Assembly (NCBI GenBank): GCA_041666505.1
Contig: JBAYGU010000002.1
Span: 1-59,411 of the forward strand
Origin: Candidatus Buchananbacteria bacterium
Lineage (GTDB): Bacteria; Patescibacteriota; Patescibacteriia; 2-01-FULL-39-33
Direction of reading: 5' to 3'
Length of the DNA stretch: 59,411 nt
The notes beneath the pieces were generated by a model, which had not been told where the DNA came from, did not search any database, and was given only the letters and a program-made list of their open reading frames with translations. Shown in pieces: positions 54,956 through 59,411 of this stretch (positions are counted from its first letter, which is position 1; every line of letters starts with the position of its first letter). A program made the position numbers and the translations under genes.

Positions 54956-55501
54956 ATGTCTAGAATCGGAAAAAATCCCATCACTATACCGAGCGGCGTC
55001 GAAGTCACATTGACTGGCGATGTCGTCGAGGTTAAAGGTCCTAAAGGAAGCTTGAAGGAAAAGCTGCATCCTTTGGTTAGCGCTGAGTTGAAAGACGGCA
55101 CGCTCCAAGTCAAGATCAAAGACGAGGAAAACAAATCGCAGCGCGCTTTGTGGGGTCTTTTCGGCAGCTTGATCAGGAATATGATCACTGGCGTGACAAT
55201 CGGTTTTTCCAAGCAATTGGAGATCAACGGCGTCGGCATGAAGTATGCGGTCAGCGGCAACAAAGTCAATTTGAATGTCGGTTTTTCCCATCCGGTTGAA
55301 TTCGCCATACCCGCAGGCATCACAATTGCCGTAGAAGCCAACATCATGACTATTTCCGGCATCGATAAACAGCTCGTCGGCGAAACAGCCGCGCAGATCC
55401 GCCGCATCAAGAAGGTTGAGCCGTATAAAGGCAAGGGCATCAGATATGTCGGTGAGAAATTCATTAAGAAGGCCGGCAAGGCCGCAGGCAAAGGCAAATA
55501 A
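54956..55501 (+). CDS. rplF: 50S ribosomal protein L6
   Basis: MSRIGKNPITIPSGVEV, EPYKGKGIRY. Confidence 0.97.
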   Translation: MSRIGKNPITIPSGVEVTLTGDVVEVKGPKGSLKEKLHPLVSAELKDGTLQVKIKDEENKSQRALWGLFGSLIRNMITGVTIGFSKQLEINGVGMKYAVSGNKVNLNVGFSHPVEFAIPAGITIAVEANIMTISGIDKQLVGETAAQIRRIKKVEPYKGKGIRYVGEKFIKKAGKAAGKGK

Positions 55502-55504
55502 CCA

Positions 55505-55611
55505 AAAGATACGAATATACTAATAATACTAATGATACGAATGAATACTAATAAATTAAGAAAGAATTCGTACCTATTAGTATCATTCGTACAATTCGTA
55601 GATTAGTATCA
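55505..55611 (+). repeat. R1 repeat, copy 4, rplF|rplR
   Basis: Same ends as the other copies. The central variant is aaattaagaaagaattcgtacc. Confidence 0.9.
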
Positions 55612-55620
55612 TTAAACTAT

Positions 55621-55974
55621 ATGAATAGAATACAATCAAAAATCCAAAGAGTCGAAAGGCGCGCCAAGCGCGTCAGAGTGAAGATTTCCGGCACAGCCTC
55701 CAAGCCTCGCCTGTCTGTTTATCGCAGTTTGAGCCATATTTACGCTCAATTGATCAATGATGAGAAGGGCTTGACTCTTGCCAGCGCTAAAGATACTGAA
55801 GTTAAAGCCGGCAAGACGAAGACGGAAAAAGCGTTCGAGGTCGGCAAGCTTTTAGCCGAAAGATCCAAGGCTGCCAAGATCAGCGAGGCAGTCTTTGACC
55901 GCGGATCATTCAAGTATCATGGCCGCGTCAAGGCCGTTGCTGAAGGCGCTCGCGAAGGCGGAATAAAGATTTAA
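55621..55974 (+). CDS. rplR: 50S ribosomal protein L18
   Basis: [36 protein letters not shown]. Confidence 0.97.
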   Translation: MNRIQSKIQRVERRAKRVRVKISGTASKPRLSVYRSLSHIYAQLINDEKGLTLASAKDTEVKAGKTKTEKAFEVGKLLAERSKAAKISEAVFDRGSFKYHGRVKAVAEGAREGGIKI

Positions 55975-55982
55975 TTACACAT

Positions 55983-56549
55983 ATGCCAAAAGATTTTAAA
56001 GAACGTGATAAAAAAGATTCAAAGAGGCGCGGTCCAAGGCCGCAGCGCGAAAAGCCTGAATTCGATCAGAGCATAGTTGAAATTGCCCGCGTTACCCGTG
56101 TCATGGCTGGCGGTAAAAGAATGAGCTCCCGCGCTTGCGTCGTAATCGGCGACAGGAAAGGCCGTGTCGGCATGGGTCTGGCCAAAGCCAAGGATGTGCC
56201 GATGGCAGTGCAGAAAGCCGTCCATCAGGCAGAAAAGGCTCTCATCAAGATCAATATGCGCGAGGGTACGATCACTCACTCGGTCCATGTAAAATACGGC
56301 GCAGCTAAGATCATGTTAAAACCGGCTCCTGTCGGTACTGGTATTATTTCCGGCGGCGCTGTCCGGACGGTCTTGGAATTGGCCGGCATCGAGAATATCG
56401 TTTCTAAGATCCTTGGCACCAATAACAAAATCAATAATGTGCGCGCCGCTTTGATGGCCTTGTCTCAATTGAAGAAAAACAAGTACGGCGATAAGAAAAA
56501 GGCTAAAGATGAGGCGAAAGAGGTTATTGCTCATATTAGCGAAGAATAA
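55983..56549 (+). CDS. rpsE: 30S ribosomal protein S5
   Basis: RVTRVMAGGKRMSSRACVVIGD, GTGIISGGAVR. Confidence 0.97.
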   Translation: MPKDFKERDKKDSKRRGPRPQREKPEFDQSIVEIARVTRVMAGGKRMSSRACVVIGDRKGRVGMGLAKAKDVPMAVQKAVHQAEKALIKINMREGTITHSVHVKYGAAKIMLKPAPVGTGIISGGAVRTVLELAGIENIVSKILGTNNKINNVRAALMALSQLKKNKYGDKKKAKDEAKEVIAHISEE

Positions 56550-56551
56550 TA

Positions 56552-56658
56552 AAAGATACGAATATACTAATAATACTAATGATACGAATGGATACTAATA
56601 AATTAAGAAAGAATTCGTATTCATTCGTATCATTCGTACAATTCGTAGATTAGTATCA
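56552..56658 (+). repeat. R1 repeat, copy 5, rpsE|rplO (position where rpmD normally sits)
   Basis: Closest to copy 4. It ends 13 nt before the rplO ATG. Confidence 0.9.
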
Positions 56659-56671
56659 ATATAATATTTAT

Positions 56672-57106
56672 ATGTCACTCAATTTATCAAATTTACATCC
56701 TGCCAAGGGCGCGACGAAGAAACGCAAAGTCATCGGCCGTGGCGGCAAGCGCGGAACTTATTCCGGCAAGGGCATGAAAGGCCAGAGAGCCAGAAGCGGC
56801 GTCTCCGGTTTGAAGGCTTTGGGCATGAAGCAGATGATGCTTTCCACTCCTAAGTTGCGAGGCTTTAAATCCCTTAATGTTAAGACTCCTGTCGTCAACG
56901 TTAGCGAACTTAACGCATTCGAGGATGGCGTGATCGTCGATATCAGAAAAATGATCCAGATGGGTTTTATCGATAAGAGAGAAAAACGCGTCAAGGTCTT
57001 GGGTGACGGCAAATTGTCCAAGAAGCTGACTGTTATCGCCAATGGCTATAGTGCCACGGCTAAAGCTGCTATCGAAGCGGCTGGCGGCAAAGCGGAAATC
57101 AAGTAA
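56672..57106 (+). CDS. rplO: 50S ribosomal protein L15
   Basis: GRGGKRGTYSGKGMKGQRARSG. Confidence 0.95.
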   Translation: MSLNLSNLHPAKGATKKRKVIGRGGKRGTYSGKGMKGQRARSGVSGLKALGMKQMMLSTPKLRGFKSLNVKTPVVNVSELNAFEDGVIVDIRKMIQMGFIDKREKRVKVLGDGKLSKKLTVIANGYSATAKAAIEAAGGKAEIK

Positions 57107-57116
57107 CATCTGATAA

Positions 57117-57200
57117 AAGTTTTTAGTTTTAAGTTTGCAGTTTTAAGATTATAATTCAGGTTCGTCATTAACTACAAACTAAAAACTACAAACTAAAAAC
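57117..57200. repeat. palindromic spacer rplO|secY
   Basis: The left arm agtttttagttttaagtttgcagtt is complementary to the right arm aactacaaactaaaaactacaaactaaaaact. The loop contains caggttcgtcatt. Confidence 0.6.
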
Positions 57201-57206
57201 TATTTT

Positions 57207-58487
57207 ATGTTTGAACAAATATCTAAAATTTGGAAGTTGAAAGACTTGCGCAATAGCATCTTGTTCGTATTATTCATTCTGATCATCTCTCGCATAGCCG
57301 CCCATATCGCCATTCCCGGCGTTGATGCTGTCGGCCTCAAGAGATTGTTTGCGTCAAATCAGATTTTGGGCATGATGAATATATTTTCCGGCGGCGCCAT
57401 GGATAATTTTTCCGTGGTGATGCTTGGCGTCGGCCCTTATATCACTTCATCGATCATTTTCCAGCTTTTGACCATGGTGGTGCCGTCTTTGGAAGAGTTA
57501 TCCAAGGAAGGCGAGTACGGGCGCAATAAGATCAATATGTGGACTCGCTGGCTGACTGTGCCTTTGGCGGTCTTGCAGGGTTTCGGTATGATCCAGATTC
57601 TGCGCAGCTCATCAGGCGGCGGCCAGATATTCGCTAATTTCCATCAGATCGATTTGGTTATGGCGCTTGTCGCCACGACAGCCGGCACGATATTCATGAT
57701 GTGGTTGGGCGAGCTTATTTCAGAAAAGAAAATCGGTAACGGCATATCGCTGTTGATTTTCGCTGGCATCGTTTCCGGTCTGCCATCAAGCTTCACTCAG
57801 ACCATTTCCAATTTCAATCAAGCGGAAATAATCAACATGGCGGTCTTCGCCATCATTGCCTTGATTACTATCATCGCAGTGGTCATCATGTCCGAGGGCC
57901 AGCGCAATATCCCTGTGCAGTATGCCAGGCAGATTCGCGGCGGCCAGACAACTGGCGGCGCTTCGACTCATTTGCCGCTGCGCGTCAACATGGCCGGCGT
58001 CATCCCGATAATTTTCGCTATTTCCATCATTCTGATCCCTCAGACGGTCGGCCAGCTTTTTGTCGGCGTTAAGACCGCTTGGGTCGCCGGAGCGGCGCAG
58101 TGGGTCATCAGATTATTCCAGAATCAATTATTTTACGGCGTCGCATATTTTTCCATGGTCGTCGTCTTCACTTATTTCTATACCGCGGTCATTTTCCATC
58201 CCGACCAAGTGGCGGAAAATCTGCAGAAGCAAGGCGGTTTTGTACCCGGCATCCGTCCGGGAAAATCGACTGCTGAATATCTTCAGCATATCATCACTAG
58301 GATCGTTCTGACCGGCGCCTTATTCTTGGGTCTGGTCGCTGTCCTGCCTTTAATTACTGCCCAACTGACTGGCACTCGGTCGCTCGTCATCGGCGGCACA
58401 TCATTGCTCATCGTCGTCTCGGTCGTTATTGAGATGGTAACTCAGATCAATGCGCAGTTGGCGATGCGCGATTACGAGGAGATATAG
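57207..58487 (+). CDS. secY: preprotein translocase subunit SecY
   Basis: 426 aa with about 10 TM helices. GVGPYITSSIIFQLL, GNGISLLIF. Confidence 0.97.
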   Translation: MFEQISKIWKLKDLRNSILFVLFILIISRIAAHIAIPGVDAVGLKRLFASNQILGMMNIFSGGAMDNFSVVMLGVGPYITSSIIFQLLTMVVPSLEELSKEGEYGRNKINMWTRWLTVPLAVLQGFGMIQILRSSSGGGQIFANFHQIDLVMALVATTAGTIFMMWLGELISEKKIGNGISLLIFAGIVSGLPSSFTQTISNFNQAEIINMAVFAIIALITIIAVVIMSEGQRNIPVQYARQIRGGQTTGGASTHLPLRVNMAGVIPIIFAISIILIPQTVGQLFVGVKTAWVAGAAQWVIRLFQNQLFYGVAYFSMVVVFTYFYTAVIFHPDQVAENLQKQGGFVPGIRPGKSTAEYLQHIITRIVLTGALFLGLVAVLPLITAQLTGTRSLVIGGTSLLIVVSVVIEMVTQINAQLAMRDYEEI

Positions 58488-58529
58488 TTCTTTAATTGGG
58501 AAACAACAAAAAAGGAGAGTCAAAAACAT

Positions 58530-59195
58530 ATGAACAAAAACGATAAGCCGCTGAGAGTCGCATTTTTCGGTCCTCCGGGATCGGGCAAGGGTACGCAGGC
58601 GAAAAAGTTCGCTGAGTCTTTGGGGTTGCCGCATATTTCCACCGGAGATATTCTGCGCAATATCCAAGCAGACACAGCCAATCCGTTGTCGCAAGAAGTC
58701 GCCGCTGTCATGAGCCGCGGAGAATTCGTTTCGGCTGAATTAGTCAATCGCTTGGTGGCTGACAGGCTTAAGCAGGATGACTGCCATAGCGGTTTTATTC
58801 TTGACGGCTATCCGCGGACATTGGGACAGGCAGAATTTTTGGACGGCATTACTGAGCTCGGCCTCGCCGTTTTGATCGATGTTTCTGATTCAGCGATCGT
58901 CGATCGCATGAGCGGCCGGCGCGTTTGCAAGAACGGCCACACTTATCATATCAAATACAATCCGCCGAAGGATCTATCTGTCTGCGATGCCTGCGGCGAG
59001 CCGCTGTATCTGCGAGAAGATGATAATCCGGAAACCGTTTTGAAGCGGCTCGAAAAGTATCATCTGGAAACTGATGCGATTCTTAATCGTTATGAAGAAG
59101 AAGGGATCCTGGCTAAAGTCGATGGCGAAAAGAATATCGATGAAGTCTATAACCAGATCATCGAGAAAATCAAGGTAGCCGGTTTTTCTGCATAA
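58530..59195 (+). CDS. adk: adenylate kinase (zinc-lid type)
   Basis: P-loop GPPGSGKGTQ, FILDGYPRT, lid CKNGHTYH...CDACG. Confidence 0.95.
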   Translation: MNKNDKPLRVAFFGPPGSGKGTQAKKFAESLGLPHISTGDILRNIQADTANPLSQEVAAVMSRGEFVSAELVNRLVADRLKQDDCHSGFILDGYPRTLGQAEFLDGITELGLAVLIDVSDSAIVDRMSGRRVCKNGHTYHIKYNPPKDLSVCDACGEPLYLREDDNPETVLKRLEKYHLETDAILNRYEEEGILAKVDGEKNIDEVYNQIIEKIKVAGFSA

Positions 59196-59216
59196 AATAT
59201 TGAGTATAATAATACC

Positions 59217-59249
59217 CCGAGGCGCCGTATTGGCCGCCTCGGTTTTTTT
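59217..59249 (+). terminator. adk rho-independent terminator
   Basis: CCGAGGCG-ccgtattggc-CGCCTCGG followed by a T7 run. Confidence 0.8.
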
Positions 59250-59262
59250 AATAATATTTCTT

Positions 59263-59342
59263 TAATACTTTTCTTTAGATTATTTTATTTCCACTTCTTT
59301 AGAAGAAGTGGAGCAAGAATCGCGACCGGTCGAAATCATGGC
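59263..59342 (+). repeat. hairpin + GCAAGAATCGCG module, copy 2
   Basis: taatacttttctttaga..., then the hairpin ccacttc-tttagaa-gaagtgg, then gcaagaatcgcgaccggtcgaaatcatggcc. It parallels 42061-42119. Confidence 0.6.
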
Positions 59343-59411
59343 CAAATTTATTTATCCGTCTCGCCAAATTTTCTGACGTCGGATTACCTCCTTGCGAAAA
59401 TTTGTTGCTCG

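Noticed and set aside
59384-59397. ggattacctcctt resembling the 16S rRNA 3' end (GGATCACCTCCTT), or a minus-strand AAGGAGGT SD
   Set aside because: No 16S sequence precedes it; adk and a terminator do. On the minus strand no start codon follows the SD at a usable distance. It is most likely coincidental, and it lies at the window edge.

Overview
This 59.4-kb window looks like a reduced-genome Patescibacteria/CPR-type bacterium. It uses the standard genetic code: TGA, TAA and TAG all end genes, and TGA is the RF2 frameshift codon. L30 is missing from the spc cluster, and the surface proteins have pilin-like N-termini. I found no rRNA, tRNA or CRISPR array.

Gene order:
- lepB, hisS, rpsU, yqeY.
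- A four-gene surface locus: two giant proteins (1064 and 3601 aa) that start with a TrbC/VirB2-like pilin module, then two TSP3-repeat membrane proteins.
- ybeY, ftsA, an extra membrane protein, ftsZ.
- Class III ribonucleotide reductase. nrdD carries a 322-aa LAGLIDADG intein. Its glycyl-radical tail is a separate 56-aa ORF lying after an inserted 100-aa membrane ORF. nrdG follows.
- hicBA, then a Fic/antitoxin cassette bracketed by ~60-nt direct repeats.
- prfB with the classical +1 frameshift.
- comEC, separated from its MBL nuclease domain by another gene.
- A receiver protein, ndk, rpmB and an M50 protease.
- rpsL-rpsG-[insert]-fusA-[3.5-kb insert]-tuf, then the S10/spc ribosomal cluster through secY and adk.

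Most notable observations:
1. A ~106-nt imperfect-palindrome repeat occurs five times, always in the same orientation. Each copy fills an intergenic spacer inside the ribosomal-protein operon.
2. A compositionally foreign, GC-rich 1.2-kb minus-strand transcription unit lies between fusA and tuf. It has a strong promoter, a 116-aa ORF with very high GC3, ~700 nt of helix-rich non-coding sequence and tandem terminators.
3. nrdD is split so that the glycyl-radical peptide is stand-alone.
4. tuf has an in-frame TAA at a conserved Glu codon.
5. Several other small repeat families (a MITE-like 50-nt arm, AT-only palindromes, CCTCCCC hairpins) occupy operon junctions.

All functional calls rest on motif recognition by eye. 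No database search was run.
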